Shown here piece by piece: positions 38,994-49,604 of a DNA stretch of 64,000 nucleotides. The translations under genes were made by a program, and so were the position numbers. The stretch comes from an uncultured Poribacteria bacterium. GTDB lineage: Bacteria; Poribacteria; WGA-4E; WGA-3G. The DNA lies in contig OX638351.1 in NCBI GenBank assembly GCA_951813565.1, forward strand, positions 3,648,001-3,712,000. Reading direction: 5' to 3'. The notes beneath the pieces are model-generated. The model was not told the DNA's origin. It did no database searches and was given only the letters and a program-made list of their open reading frames with translations. Numbering within the stretch: position 1 is the first letter of the stretch; the number at the start of each line of letters is the position of its first letter.

Positions 38994-39788
38994 ATGGGTA
39001 AGGTTATCGTGATTACTTCTGGAAAGGGGGGAGTCGGTAAAACGACATCAACTGCCAACCTTGGTACTGCATTAGCGATGATCGGTAAAACGGTCGTAAT
39101 GATTGATGCCGATGTTGGATTGCGTAATCTTGATGTCGTAATGGGATTAGAGAGTCGAGTCGTTTATACGTCTATGGATGTAATTGAAAAGCGATGCGAT
39201 CTTGATAAAGCTCTTGTGAAAGACCGACGTGTTGAAGATTTGATGTTACTGGCTGCTTCACAACGGAACAGAAAAGACGATATCAAGCCAGAACAGATGC
39301 AGGAAATTTGTGAAAAACTGAAACAAGAATATGATTTTGTTCTTATTGACTCTCCCGCTGGGATAGAACAAGGATTTCGCAATGCTGCTGCTGGTGCAGA
39401 TGAAGCTGTCATTATCACGACCCCCGACGTATCAGCCATTCGAGATGCTGACCGCATCATTGGTCTCTTGCAACACCAAGGGATTGCATCAATTAACCTT
39501 GTACTAAATAGATTGTCGCCAGCACTCGTTAAAAAAGGAAACATGATTAGTAAGAATGACGTATTAGACATTCTGAACATTGATCTGCTTGGTGTTGTTC
39601 CTGAAGATACCGGTATCATCGCCTCTACAAATCGCGGTGTTCCCCTTGTGCATAACAATGGGTCTCCTGGTGCTGAGGCGTATATGCGGATCGCACGGCG
39701 TATGACCGGACAACGCATACCAATTCCTGAAATGCGTGAAGAAAACTTTTTTTCTCAAATAGCCAACTGGTTTTCAAGAAATAAGTAG
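38994..39788 (+). CDS. minD: Septum site-determining ATPase MinD
   Basis: SGKGGVGKTT, DVGLRNLD, DSPAGIEQGF and a C-terminal amphipathic helix. Confidence 0.97.
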   Translation: MGKVIVITSGKGGVGKTTSTANLGTALAMIGKTVVMIDADVGLRNLDVVMGLESRVVYTSMDVIEKRCDLDKALVKDRRVEDLMLLAASQRNRKDDIKPEQMQEICEKLKQEYDFVLIDSPAGIEQGFRNAAAGADEAVIITTPDVSAIRDADRIIGLLQHQGIASINLVLNRLSPALVKKGNMISKNDVLDILNIDLLGVVPEDTGIIASTNRGVPLVHNNGSPGAEAYMRIARRMTGQRIPIPEMREENFFSQIANWFSRNK

Positions 39789-39796
39789 AGGATACC

Positions 39797-40054
39797 ATGG
39801 ATTTTAGAAGTTTATTCACTCGTAAATCGAAATCAAGTAATATCGCTACGCAACGTCTACAACTCATTCTCACACAAGACCGGTTTGAGGTGAGTGAGGA
39901 TTCAATGAAAAAACTACAGTTTGAATTAACCGAAGTGTTGGCAAAATACTTTGAATTTACGATGAACTCTGTCAGTATGTCCTTAAAACGGGAAGGCAAT
40001 TCTTACGTATTAATGGCAGATTTTCCGTATAATAGGTCTAATAAAACTCGTTAA
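39797..40054 (+). CDS. minE: Cell division topological specificity factor MinE
   Basis: SNIATQRLQLILTQDR...VLAKY. Follows minD. Confidence 0.9.
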   Translation: MDFRSLFTRKSKSSNIATQRLQLILTQDRFEVSEDSMKKLQFELTEVLAKYFEFTMNSVSMSLKREGNSYVLMADFPYNRSNKTR

Positions 40055-40106
40055 CTTCGTAGTTGTTGCTTTAGAAGGATTCAATATACGGATCCATCCT
40101 CTTGTA

Positions 40107-40913
40107 TTACAGAATTAATTCCCATATCGCTTTGGCAACACCGTTCTCATCGTTGGTGACAGTCGTGTGATCCGCGCAGTCTTTAATGGGAGCGACAGCG
40201 TTTCCCATTGCTATGCCAAATCCTGCTGTCTTGAGCAAGCTTTCGTCGTTGTAACTATCGCCAAAAGCGACAACCGAATCTATCGGAATGTTGAACTGTT
40301 TTGCAAGTGCTGTCAGCGCGCGTCCTTTGGTTACTTCCGGATTCATGAATTCAATGTATTCCGGTTGTGTCTGTGTTACGTAAAGTTTCCCTACATATCC
40401 TGATTTGAAACTATCTAAAAGCGGTGGCAATTTTTCTGGTGGATGAATAATAAGCAGTTTAGTTGGCGTTTCACCAGCCAACTGTTTAAGATCGCCTATC
40501 GGTGTAGCAGGAACCCCCGTTCGAGTTTCATAAAGTTCACTCCACTTATTCCTTTCCGATACAAAAAGCTCATCGTTCAAGCAAAAATTAATATGCAAAT
40601 TCTGGTTAACGCAGTCGTCAACTATTGCCATAGCATAATCTGCGGGAACCGGCGTGTGGTGATATACCTCACCAGTAGTTGCATGTTTCACCATCCCCCC
40701 ATTATACGAAATTATTGGGTTTTCTAAACCAATCTGATCGCTGATCGGCTGAATAGATCGGTGCATTCTTCCAGAAACCAAAACAACAAGGATTTCATTC
40801 TCCGCAAGTTGTTGAAGTGCTTCACAGTTCTCAGGTGATAACTTGTGTTCACTATTCAATAATGTTCCGTCTAAATCGAAAGCTGCTAAACCACACGGTA
40901 TTTTTTTATTCAT
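40107..40913 (-). CDS. Cof-type HAD-IIB hydrolase
   Basis: FDLDGTLL, SGR, KG and FGDSYND motifs. Confidence 0.92.
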   Translation of the reverse strand: MNKKIPCGLAAFDLDGTLLNSEHKLSPENCEALQQLAENEILVVLVSGRMHRSIQPISDQIGLENPIISYNGGMVKHATTGEVYHHTPVPADYAMAIVDDCVNQNLHINFCLNDELFVSERNKWSELYETRTGVPATPIGDLKQLAGETPTKLLIIHPPEKLPPLLDSFKSGYVGKLYVTQTQPEYIEFMNPEVTKGRALTALAKQFNIPIDSVVAFGDSYNDESLLKTAGFGIAMGNAVAPIKDCADHTTVTNDENGVAKAIWELIL

Positions 40914-41125
40914 AATTATACTAAAGTTTGGACAATTTATGATTGTTTCATGGTGAGTTTCAAGTATTTTCTTCCAGTCAAATGTTTTATCTATTTCTAA
41001 AAGGATAACCTCTTTTTTGCTTTTGTCTCTAAAAATATTAAATTGTTCAAACTTTAGTATGATTATATCACTTCAATAATTCATTGTCAATTCTTTCGTT
41101 ACACACCCTCGAGTCCACCTATTAC

Positions 41126-41154
41126 TTGACAATTAGTTCTTAAATAGGTATCAT
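41126..41154 (+). promoter_or_regulatory. Putative sigma70 promoter
   Basis: TTGACA-17bp-TATCAT upstream of the methyltransferase. Confidence 0.55.
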
Positions 41155-41182
41155 AAAATCAATTCATCAGAGGAATTGAATT

Positions 41183-42052
41183 GTGGAAACATCATTAAAT
41201 CCATTTTACACCAAGCAAGAAGTTGCTGCATCATGTTGGAAATACTTTTCGGAAACACTGCCATCCGTTAACCGAACTGTCAATGAAATGTTCTTTGTGG
41301 AACCTTCCGCTGGCACAGGTGCATTTTACAATTGCTTGCCACCGCAACGTAGGTTTGGCATAGATATCCTTCCAAAATGCAAAAATGTAATAACACAAGA
41401 CTTTTTTATGGTCACCCGTTTTCCTTATGCCCCTAAGGACACTGCTATCATAGGCAATCCGCCATTTGGGAAGCGCGGAAAAATGGCGATTGCATTTTTT
41501 AATCACGCTGCTGAATTAGCGGATATTGTCGCTTTTATTGTTCCCGTCAATTTCAGAAAATATATTGTCCATAAACAGCTTGATACGAGTATGCGGTTTA
41601 TTAGAAAATTGGCACTACCGAGAGATGCCTTCTACCTTGATTCTGGTAAATCATTTTCGGTTAATACAGAGTTTCAGATATGGACCCGCCTGCCAAGTGC
41701 TCATCAAGATATGCGCCAATATAAACCGTTACCCATACGGCATCAAGATTTTCAAATATGGCAATATAATAATACACCCGCCGCGCTAAAAGTCTTTGAA
41801 AACAATTTTGATTTTGCCATTCCCTGTCAAGGATGGCAAGACTATTCCCGCAAAGAGATAGACGAAAAGCAGTGCGAACGAAATAAACAGTGGATTCTGC
41901 TAAAAGCGAACGATCCTAACATCTTAGCAAAATTAAAACAGATTGACTATGCACGGTTAGCCAGAGAATGTGGCACCGCCGTTCCTGGCTTTCGGAAAGG
42001 TGATCTTGTGAAAGCGTATTCAGAATATTCTTCTGTACAGCCACAACGGTAG
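41183..42052 (+). CDS. Orphan SAM-dependent amino-methyltransferase (N6A/N4C DNA MTase-like, gamma motif order)
   Basis: FYT, EPSAGTGAF (motif I), IGNPPFG (motif IV) and VAFIVP. Confidence 0.75.
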   Translation: METSLNPFYTKQEVAASCWKYFSETLPSVNRTVNEMFFVEPSAGTGAFYNCLPPQRRFGIDILPKCKNVITQDFFMVTRFPYAPKDTAIIGNPPFGKRGKMAIAFFNHAAELADIVAFIVPVNFRKYIVHKQLDTSMRFIRKLALPRDAFYLDSGKSFSVNTEFQIWTRLPSAHQDMRQYKPLPIRHQDFQIWQYNNTPAALKVFENNFDFAIPCQGWQDYSRKEIDEKQCERNKQWILLKANDPNILAKLKQIDYARLARECGTAVPGFRKGDLVKAYSEYSSVQPQR

Positions 42053-42058
42053 GGAAAA

Positions 42059-43045
42059 TTGAATAAAAAGCGACTCCTGAGGATTGCCAGAATTGCTTTG
42101 CCGACCAGTTTAGCAGTTGTTATCTCATTTTTCGTATTAAAAGAAATTGATCTTAATGAAACATCCAAAATTCTGAGTCGGATGTCAATTAAGGCTATAT
42201 TAATTGGGTTCGGATGCTATTGTTTACTTGTGTTAGCTAAAACCCTAAGATTCCGAACTTTACTCGGTTTAGACTCCAATGTGCACAGTATTTTCCCTAT
42301 TCTTGCTTTGCACACATTTTGGGGTAATTTTCTTCCGATGCGGACAGGGGATATTTCCTATGTCTACCTCATGCAACGGCGGCAAAAAGTTGATGCGACG
42401 CAGGGAATTGCCACATTAATGGTGGCAAGTATCATCGACTTAGTGTTATTAACTGTTTTAATGGCTGCCACTGCGATCCTACTGCTTCCGGAACTGGGTG
42501 GGAGCCATTCTTGGACGGTGCTTTATCTGACTCTATTGGTTATTGGCACGGGATTAACGATGCTGATGGTTTTGGCATGCGTCGCACCTAATTTCTTTGT
42601 CTCCCTTGCACAGAATTGGGCAAAACCGTTATTGCGTCTGGAGAAAAAACCAATAACTTGGTTTGTCAACAAATGTCTGGTAATCGTTGAGGAAATCACA
42701 GCATTTCGATTAAACTTACGCTTTTTGAAAGTCTGGGGATATTCTTTATTATGTCTTATAATCCGTTTCGGATTTCAGTGTTATCTTGTCGTTGAGATGG
42801 GTGTTGATATTCCTTTGATCGAAGTGCTTTTTGCACTTGCATTTACAAACGGTTTTAACCTTTTGCCGATCCAAAATTTCGGTAACTTTGGAACAACAGA
42901 ATTTCCGTTTAGAGAATTGCTACACCGTCTTGGAACTTCAAAAAAAGATGGGTTTGACACCGGATTTAGTTTGCACCTTCTGATCCTACTTTACTGTATA
43001 CCTTTAGGTATTTACGGATTCTTTAGAAAACCTAAGGAGGAGTAA
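42059..43045 (+). CDS. Lysylphosphatidylglycerol synthase TM / flippase-like protein
   Basis: Multi-TM, with GNFLPMRTGD and LLPIQNFGNFGTTE. Confidence 0.75.
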   Translation: MNKKRLLRIARIALPTSLAVVISFFVLKEIDLNETSKILSRMSIKAILIGFGCYCLLVLAKTLRFRTLLGLDSNVHSIFPILALHTFWGNFLPMRTGDISYVYLMQRRQKVDATQGIATLMVASIIDLVLLTVLMAATAILLLPELGGSHSWTVLYLTLLVIGTGLTMLMVLACVAPNFFVSLAQNWAKPLLRLEKKPITWFVNKCLVIVEEITAFRLNLRFLKVWGYSLLCLIIRFGFQCYLVVEMGVDIPLIEVLFALAFTNGFNLLPIQNFGNFGTTEFPFRELLHRLGTSKKDGFDTGFSLHLLILLYCIPLGIYGFFRKPKEE

Positions 43046-43046
43046 T

Positions 43047-43865
43047 ATGAAAATTATCGACCCGCATGTTCACGTCTGGAAAAACGATCCAAGATTCCCA
43101 TGGGCACCCAATAGAAGAAATCCACCTGCAGAGGATGCTGCACCTGAAATGTTACTTGAATTAATGGAAGCGAACGGTGTTGAAAGAACTGTCCTCGTAC
43201 AGGTTATCCACTATCTATGGGATAATAGTTATGCTGCGGATGCTATGAAAAGATACCCTGACAAATTTATGGGTGTTTGTAGAATTAACCCTGAAGACCC
43301 GGATGCCCCGGATCATCTCAGTCGCTGGACAGAGGAGGAAAGCTTTCATGGCGTGCGTTTGAGTCCCTCTGTCGGTTCTGATGGAGATTGGTTTGCTGGC
43401 CCATTGATACCGCCTATCTTTAGCCGCGCAGAATCTCTCGGTGTGCCGATGCTACTCCTTACAAGAGCGGAGCGGTTAGTTGACCTTGTACCGCTTTTAG
43501 AACAACACCCTGACCTTGATGTCGTAATTGACCACATGGCAGACTGTTCCCCTGACGATCCAGAAAAACTGCAGTTATTGCTCAATCTCGCTCGGTTTCC
43601 TCGCGTTTATGTCAAGATTAGCCATACGTGGTCTATTTCCAAGGTGAGTTATCCGTGGGCAGACACACATGAACTGGTTAAAGAGGTATATCATACCTTC
43701 GGTGGATCACGCATAATGTGGGGAACGGATTGGCCCGTCTGTTTAAGTCGCGCGACTTACGCGCAAACGCTATCTGTTGTCCGTGATGAAATGGATTTCT
43801 TCACACCTGAAGATAGAGAGTGGGTGTTAGGAAAAACTGCACTACAACTCTGGCAGTTTGCTTAA
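43047..43865 (+). CDS. Amidohydrolase family 2 protein
   Basis: IDPHVH, VIDHM, VYVKIS and MWGTDWP motifs. Confidence 0.88.
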   Translation: MKIIDPHVHVWKNDPRFPWAPNRRNPPAEDAAPEMLLELMEANGVERTVLVQVIHYLWDNSYAADAMKRYPDKFMGVCRINPEDPDAPDHLSRWTEEESFHGVRLSPSVGSDGDWFAGPLIPPIFSRAESLGVPMLLLTRAERLVDLVPLLEQHPDLDVVIDHMADCSPDDPEKLQLLLNLARFPRVYVKISHTWSISKVSYPWADTHELVKEVYHTFGGSRIMWGTDWPVCLSRATYAQTLSVVRDEMDFFTPEDREWVLGKTALQLWQFA

Positions 43866-43910
43866 CAGCGGCTTTCAATTTACATGTTTTTTATCCGTTC
43901 AAGTTGTAAA

Positions 43911-44000
43911 GTCGCGATTCGGAGATCGCTCCTACAGAAAGAGATCGCGATTCGGAGATCGTTCCTACAGATGCAGGTTGTGATCCGGAGATCGTTCCTC
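43911..44000 (-). repeat. Three tandem GTAG-REP copies
   Basis: TCGCGATTCGGAGATCG(C/T)TCCTACAG twice, plus one degenerate copy. Confidence 0.7.
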
Positions 44001-44580
44001 CTTAAAAAGTTACCATACGGTATGTTTTTTCATACCATGGTAACTTTTCTAAATTCGCTATAACACCAGTTCCTGTATGGGTTTATAGGTGTTTTTCTTG
44101 TTTTCAATAAATTTTAATTTTTCTATTACCCATCTGTATTGAGAATTTACGGTTTCCTCTTGTTGTAGATATTTGATTTGATAAGTTTTGCGTTGTCGTC
44201 TTGCATTTGGATAGTTGTTTGCGATTTTCAGGGTATCTGATTGTTTTGTGTTTGGGATCGGTTTTGTTTTTCATACTGATATTATACCTAATTCTGTGTG
44301 GTGATCAGAAGTTTTTGTGGTTTGCCGGACAATAGATATCCAATATATTTACAATAAGTTTGCCGGAAAAGTTGGGATTGACGCGATGAATTGCACATGG
44401 TGAATGTGCGTCCGACATTCACATTAAACGCTTCTGTTGTTAAATCGGTCGGACCAAGCCCTCCTAAAAGAGTGCTTGGTGGCAATTGAATGGCTCTGTA
44501 CTCCCAATATATTTCTCTTGACAACCATACCGTTTCATGGCAAAATCCAACCCAAAAAACCAAACGGAGAAATCTATATC

Positions 44581-44747
44581 ACATCCCGAATGAAATTCAA
44601 GAAAAGGTGCTTGAATCCTTTCGTTTACGCAAGCGCGTCAAAGACCTCTTGGAATATGCCAAATGCGCAGTTGAAATTGCAATTGAGCAGGACGAACAGA
44701 CCGCTATAAACTGGTTGGATTCTGTTTCATATGAGACTGATATTTAA
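44581..44747 (+). pseudogene. C-terminal remnant of a restriction-modification specificity (HsdS-like) protein
   Basis: IQEKVLESFRLRKRVKDLLEYAKCAVEIAIEQDEQTAINWL resembles the terminal helix of S-subunit proteins. The sequence upstream is repeat-derived. Confidence 0.55.
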
Positions 44748-44838
44748 AGTTTAAGGAATAAGGTATATTTGCAATTTTTATCTTGTTATGATAGAATCTG
44801 TATAATACTTGTTGCAACGCCAATACCTGAAGAGTGTC

Positions 44839-45182
44839 ATGATAGAGATTGAAAATAGCATACTCAGAAATCTGGAGGCTCATCGGATTCAAAGAGAAGA
44901 GACCCAAAGAGAATTGAGTAGGGTTGAGTCACGCTTTGAAAATCGGATTAGTGAGGTTAAAATGGATTTTGGAAAAGACATCACACAAGTCAGTGGAGAG
45001 GTTGCACAAGTTAAAACGGACATGAAAAAAGACATCAGGGAAGTCCAAATAGACCTTAGAGATGACATCAAGGCATAAGAGCACACATTACGGCATTAAC
45101 TGTTCTCGGCGTTACAAGTCTTCTTACACTGATAGGTCTCATTATTACCGTATTACTAAATAATATTCAACATAGGAGATGA
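44839..45182 (+). pseudogene. Coiled-coil plus C-terminal TM protein (DUF1640/CCDC90-like), frameshifted near 45072
   Basis: Heptad repeats ISEVKMDF..VAQVKTDM..IREVQ. A shifted frame continues GIRAHITALTVLGVTSLLTLIGLIITVLLN. Confidence 0.55.
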
Positions 45183-45485
45183 ATGATGTCCGAAAAAGCA
45201 CCTGGCTTTGAAGAATACACCCCATCCCGGTTAGAATGGTTAGCAATGATGTTAAATTCATTTTTGCCATATACGAACATACCACTTACCGGAACACTTA
45301 AGTATGATATTTGTTCCAGGGGCGATGGAAAAACGCTTATATTAAGGGTACGTTATTCTAAAGACACAGACTCTGAGATAGTGCAACAATACATAGAGAA
45401 TGGGAAGTTAAGCGTTAAAGAATTTGCCGCTATATATAAATGGGATTCTTGGGTTCAGATTCAAGTGGAACGCGATGCTGAGTAA
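45183..45485 (+). CDS. Hypothetical protein
   Basis: 100-aa ORF with an AGGAG RBS. Confidence 0.65.
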   Translation: MMSEKAPGFEEYTPSRLEWLAMMLNSFLPYTNIPLTGTLKYDICSRGDGKTLILRVRYSKDTDSEIVQQYIENGKLSVKEFAAIYKWDSWVQIQVERDAE

Positions 45486-45506
45486 ATAATCCATGAGGAG
45501 AAAATT

Positions 45507-45854
45507 ATGCCGTTTTGTCCGCAATGCAAAACTGAATATGGGGAAGATGTCTTGACTTGTTCAGAATGTCAGGAGGATCTTCTTCCTGGCTTAGTTCCTG
45601 CACAAGTTCCGGAGGCAGTTGACTGGTACGTTGTCCAATCTGTACCGAATGAAGTCGCCGGACATATCCTCAAAAGTGTGTTAGAGGATGAAGGGATTGA
45701 TGTCTATTTGCGAACTCATGAAATGCCAGCTCTCGGTGGAATAAAAGGTAACGTTGGCAAGTCTGAATGTGGAGATATTCTTGTACCAGGTTTTAGTGTG
45801 CAACGGGCCCGGGAATGTCTCAAAGCATATTTCGATTCGCTGAAAGAAGCTTAG
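45507..45854 (+). CDS. Zinc-ribbon plus DUF2007-like protein
   Basis: FCPQCKTEY..CSEC and AGHILKSVLEDEGI. GAGGAG RBS. Confidence 0.75.
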   Translation: MPFCPQCKTEYGEDVLTCSECQEDLLPGLVPAQVPEAVDWYVVQSVPNEVAGHILKSVLEDEGIDVYLRTHEMPALGGIKGNVGKSECGDILVPGFSVQRARECLKAYFDSLKEA

Positions 45855-45930
45855 CATTCGTAGAAAGGTCCCATAGCGTATGGGTAATATGCTGCTATGC
45901 AGGCAAAGCAAATCTACCTTATCTAAGACA

Positions 45931-46113
45931 ATGAAACCTCATATTGATACGAGCGGAAAAGTTTACGTTAATGGATACCGTCGATGTGGTGGTACTTACG
46001 TCAAACCCTATTGGCGAAAGCAGCCAACGAGACAGATTGGTGCGCGTAAACATGTCCCAATAAGGAAAGAGCAACTTGCACTTTTTAAATTAAGTGTTCC
46101 GTTAGATAAGTAA
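45931..46113 (+). CDS. Small basic protein with a VxGYxRxxGTYVxPYxR motif
   Basis: VYVNGYRRCGGTYVKPYWR resembles a recurrent small-protein motif. Confidence 0.45.
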   Translation: MKPHIDTSGKVYVNGYRRCGGTYVKPYWRKQPTRQIGARKHVPIRKEQLALFKLSVPLDK

Positions 46114-46154
46114 GCAAATATTAAAAATATATCAAAAATCTATTAGGATAAATT

Positions 46155-47375
46155 ATGACGTGTTTTTTGCGAAGCTTGCAAGTTGCCTATCTCACTTCGC
46201 GTCGCTTGCAAGCTGCAACAATATTACTGTTTTTGATTACAAGCACCTCGCTCTTTGGTGATGTTTACCGCATTAAGAAAGGGGATAGCCTATTAATTGC
46301 AGTAATTGGACAGCCAGAATATTCACAGTCGGTGATGGTTCGAGAAGATGGACGAATTAGTTACTTCGGCGGCGATTTGCAGGTTGCTGGAAAAACAACT
46401 GAAGAAGTTAATCGGATTATCCAAAACTTTCTATTAAAAGAGAGCCTTGTTAATAATCCGGTAATTATGGTCTCTCCGATATCTCAAGAGAATAGTGTCT
46501 ATGTCGGCGGCGCGGTAACCACTCCTGGCCGCTATGGTATATCCCCAGAAACTGATATTGACTTATCTCGCGCAATCGCTCTCGCTGGTGGGATGACAGA
46601 GAACGCTGACGTTCAACAGGTTCAATTAATACGTTTTAATGCTATTACACAACAAGAAAAAATCACTCAGAACACTCCTTCAGAAGATGGAACTGAGAAA
46701 AAACCTGCCGCACCTATTGAAACTTACGACCTGTCAACAAACCAACCTTACCGTGATATTCGTGTAAATACCAACGATTTGGTGTTTGTAATGCCGCTCA
46801 GTGTAATTGAAGTCCAAGGGGAAGTAAAGACGTCAGGAAAACTATTTATCCGAGAAAAAATCAGCATAGCTGATGCATTAGCAAGAGCTGGCGGATTCAC
46901 TGAGGCGGCTGATTTGACTGTCCTGGTGAAAATTAATAAGGAAGGTATACTCACTGAATTGAGTGTCACCGAACAATTTTGGAAACCGACTGATAAAAAC
47001 GGGACAGAAATCTCTCTATCCGATGGTGACGTTCTATTTGTTCCGAATGCGTTTAAAATAGAACCTATTTATGTCACAGGTTATGTGCGTACACCCGGTG
47101 CGCAACGCGTTCGAGGTCCGCTGACGTTACAGAAAGCAATTGCATTGGCAGGAGGCCTTGACAAAGAAGCAAACCGAGAAAAGTTTCATATCCATCGCCA
47201 CGATGGCACAACTACAGAACATCTTTTGAAACCCGGCACAGACACTACTTTACTCTATCCTGGTGACATCTTGGAGATACATAAGCGGTTTCAACTGAAT
47301 TGGGGATTGATTAGCACCATATCCTCTACTGTTATTGCAATAACATATTTCATCGTTAACCTAACTGGCGACTAA
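46155..47375 (+). CDS. Polysaccharide export protein (Wza/Poly_export plus three SLBB domains)
   Basis: YRIKKGDSL, VREDGRIS, three V.G.V..PG...AIALAGG repeats and a C-terminal hydrophobic helix. Confidence 0.8.
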   Translation: MTCFLRSLQVAYLTSRRLQAATILLFLITSTSLFGDVYRIKKGDSLLIAVIGQPEYSQSVMVREDGRISYFGGDLQVAGKTTEEVNRIIQNFLLKESLVNNPVIMVSPISQENSVYVGGAVTTPGRYGISPETDIDLSRAIALAGGMTENADVQQVQLIRFNAITQQEKITQNTPSEDGTEKKPAAPIETYDLSTNQPYRDIRVNTNDLVFVMPLSVIEVQGEVKTSGKLFIREKISIADALARAGGFTEAADLTVLVKINKEGILTELSVTEQFWKPTDKNGTEISLSDGDVLFVPNAFKIEPIYVTGYVRTPGAQRVRGPLTLQKAIALAGGLDKEANREKFHIHRHDGTTTEHLLKPGTDTTLLYPGDILEIHKRFQLNWGLISTISSTVIAITYFIVNLTGD

Positions 47376-47409
47376 TGCTACGTGCTTTCTCACAAATCGC
47401 TGGTGGTGT

Positions 47410-49230
47410 TTAGGAAATGACTAATAGTTTGCCTTGTTGTGGGTCAAAGGTCCGATTCAGATACGTCTTTCCGTTCGCTTTCCAAAAAGTTAACGGTATC
47501 TGTTCTCCTGTCTGTAAAAGCCACTCTTCAACCACTTGTGCTTCACCATCTATCTCGACCAATGTTTCAATCTGCTTTTCTCTGGTGTTGAACAGATAAA
47601 ACGTTTGGTATTTTCCATGCGTTCTGTGATGTACCCGCAATGTTTCCGTTGGTTGTTTCTTCTGCTCTGTATAAATAGAAATGGTTGGCGTAATCCATTT
47701 ACTGAGAAATTTCCTGAGATCCGTTTCCCTTTCTCCTTGCGGACCATCTAATATAGTGGTACGGTGTTTGTAAATTAGGCGTTCCAGTAGATACGGTTCA
47801 AGTCCAACTCGTCCATTAAGTAAGTACGGGATAGGTGCGTTGACAATAAGTCTTCCTTTTGCTTTCAAAAATTCTGTTAAACGTTGTACAGTCATTTCGT
47901 GCAAGGATAGGCAACTGGGAAGTAGCACAAGACGATATTTCTTTCCATTGAGACAGATCACTCCTTCCTTGTTTTCTACGGTGGCATCAAAGAGTTGTGC
48001 TTCAGAGACAATATCAAAATCATAACCCATGTTCCACACTGTCTGGCACAGCCACGCCCAGGCTTTTGTTATGCTGTTCCAATGTTGTTCTTCTGGTTTC
48101 ATCCAGAGACTCTGCGTTGGTGATAACATTAAAATTGGACGTTTTGGATGCCCAACCTGCAACAATTGGACAAAAGAGTCATGTGGATAGGTATCGGAAT
48201 GGTTCTGCCCCACGCGATTTGCTACCCACTGATTAAATCCGAGGGTAGCATCACTGAGGGATTCGGAAGATGTGTGTGTCTCTTTTCTGAAAATTCCGGC
48301 ATGCTGTGTATTACTACACATCGACTTAGCAACAACAAAACGCCTCGGCGTGTCCAACTCCGATGTAATGAGAATTGAACAATCCGCTTGCTCCAAAAGT
48401 GTCCCCAATTCATATTGTAGTGACCTTGCACTTTCTGTTAGTGTTACCGCTAACCTTAAGTTGTGCTGATGACAGAAATTTTTTATTCCTCCCAAGAAAC
48501 ACTTCGCAAATTGTGATGTCAATTCTTGCCAGAAAACACTTCTGATAACTGACGAATTATAGGTTTCAGTAAAAAGAATAGGTAGGAAACTTCCACGCTC
48601 GCCCGAGGAAGTTCTGTGATTATCTTTGAAGTTTTCTTCTTTAATTCGCTCCAGTAGCGTGCCACTCCATGGTACTGATGTTGCATCCGCTTCAAGCACA
48701 GATAAGAAACGTGGCAGTTCAATAGCAAAACCGATTACGGCATCTGTGCCATAAGACTCTACATAACTTGTTAGAACCCGTTTTACAAAGGTTTTAACAC
48801 CAGAGTCGCTAAGTAAGTCATCAGTGTTTTCTTCAGACTGATAAATGTAAAGAATTGTTCTACCACGTAACCGTTCTGCGACTGAAATGTCCTTTGCTAT
48901 ACAACGTTGAATGTAATCAGTGATGTTATAAAATAACGCATCTGTATGTGGTTCTGCAACCAGATAGAATTGATTAAAAAATGCCTCATCGTTTTCATAA
49001 ACATTTCGTAAGTATCCTTGGATAGATGCAGCTGTTTCTGATGCCTTAAAATGAAACTCTATAACCCGTAGTCGGTACCGCGTCTGAATTATTGCAGAAT
49101 CCAATTGGATCCATGCCTGCTTTCTAAACCGAGCAAGTTTGGCTAACGCATCTTGATGTGCTTTTGATTTTTCTATACTTGGATAAGATAGCAAAGCACC
49201 GTTTGGAATATAGGTGAAATTCGTTTTCAC
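47410..49230 (-). CDS. Glycoside hydrolase-like protein (GH106/class I GATase-like trimerisation domain), degenerate
   Basis: FWQELTSQFAKCF..FCHQHNL, GYDFDIVSE, YRLVLLPS, FLKAKG and FYLFN motifs. Confidence 0.5.
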   Translation of the reverse strand: MKTNFTYIPNGALLSYPSIEKSKAHQDALAKLARFRKQAWIQLDSAIIQTRYRLRVIEFHFKASETAASIQGYLRNVYENDEAFFNQFYLVAEPHTDALFYNITDYIQRCIAKDISVAERLRGRTILYIYQSEENTDDLLSDSGVKTFVKRVLTSYVESYGTDAVIGFAIELPRFLSVLEADATSVPWSGTLLERIKEENFKDNHRTSSGERGSFLPILFTETYNSSVIRSVFWQELTSQFAKCFLGGIKNFCHQHNLRLAVTLTESARSLQYELGTLLEQADCSILITSELDTPRRFVVAKSMCSNTQHAGIFRKETHTSSESLSDATLGFNQWVANRVGQNHSDTYPHDSFVQLLQVGHPKRPILMLSPTQSLWMKPEEQHWNSITKAWAWLCQTVWNMGYDFDIVSEAQLFDATVENKEGVICLNGKKYRLVLLPSCLSLHEMTVQRLTEFLKAKGRLIVNAPIPYLLNGRVGLEPYLLERLIYKHRTTILDGPQGERETDLRKFLSKWITPTISIYTEQKKQPTETLRVHHRTHGKYQTFYLFNTREKQIETLVEIDGEAQVVEEWLLQTGEQIPLTFWKANGKTYLNRTFDPQQGKLLVIS

Positions 49231-49417
49231 AACTGATATATCTCCAAGAAATTTGCATATTTGTTGGTTTTGTAGTATACTTTAGAATATGTATTGATTG
49301 GAATCTGTTGCCATTTTAACACGTTTTGTTGACAGATGCAATGCGTTAGTTGTCAACTTGCAAATTCCGTTTGTGGTGAAATACAAAATATAAACAGCTA
49401 CCGGTAGGCGCGCTTTG

Positions 49418-49531
49418 ATGAAGTTAAAAAAAATAAATCGGTAATTTAGCGAGGTTAGAAAACCTCGCCAGCAGCGGGCACATCTGCCTCGTGCGGACAG
49501 AAAATTACCGAAAGAATAAGTTAATCTTCAT
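49418..49531. mobile_element. MITE family B (TIR ATGAAG..CTTCAT) inserted in a REP loop
   Basis: Reverse-complement copy of 5981-6094. The flanks GTAGGCGCGCTTTG | GTAAGCGC rejoin into a REP hairpin. Confidence 0.75.
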
Positions 49532-49604
49532 GTAAGCGCTCAGTAAAGTGTATCGTTAATCATAAATCTGCTATATCGTTTGTAGTTATATATTCATTTT
49601 GAAA

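Noticed and set aside
39164..39999. Minus-strand ORFs of 184 and 124 aa
   Set aside because: They are antisense to minD and minE.
44004..44048. Long palindrome AAAAGTTACCAT...ATGGTAACTTTT as a ncRNA or operator
   Set aside because: It is a single copy with no recognisable family and could be a terminator or repeat end.
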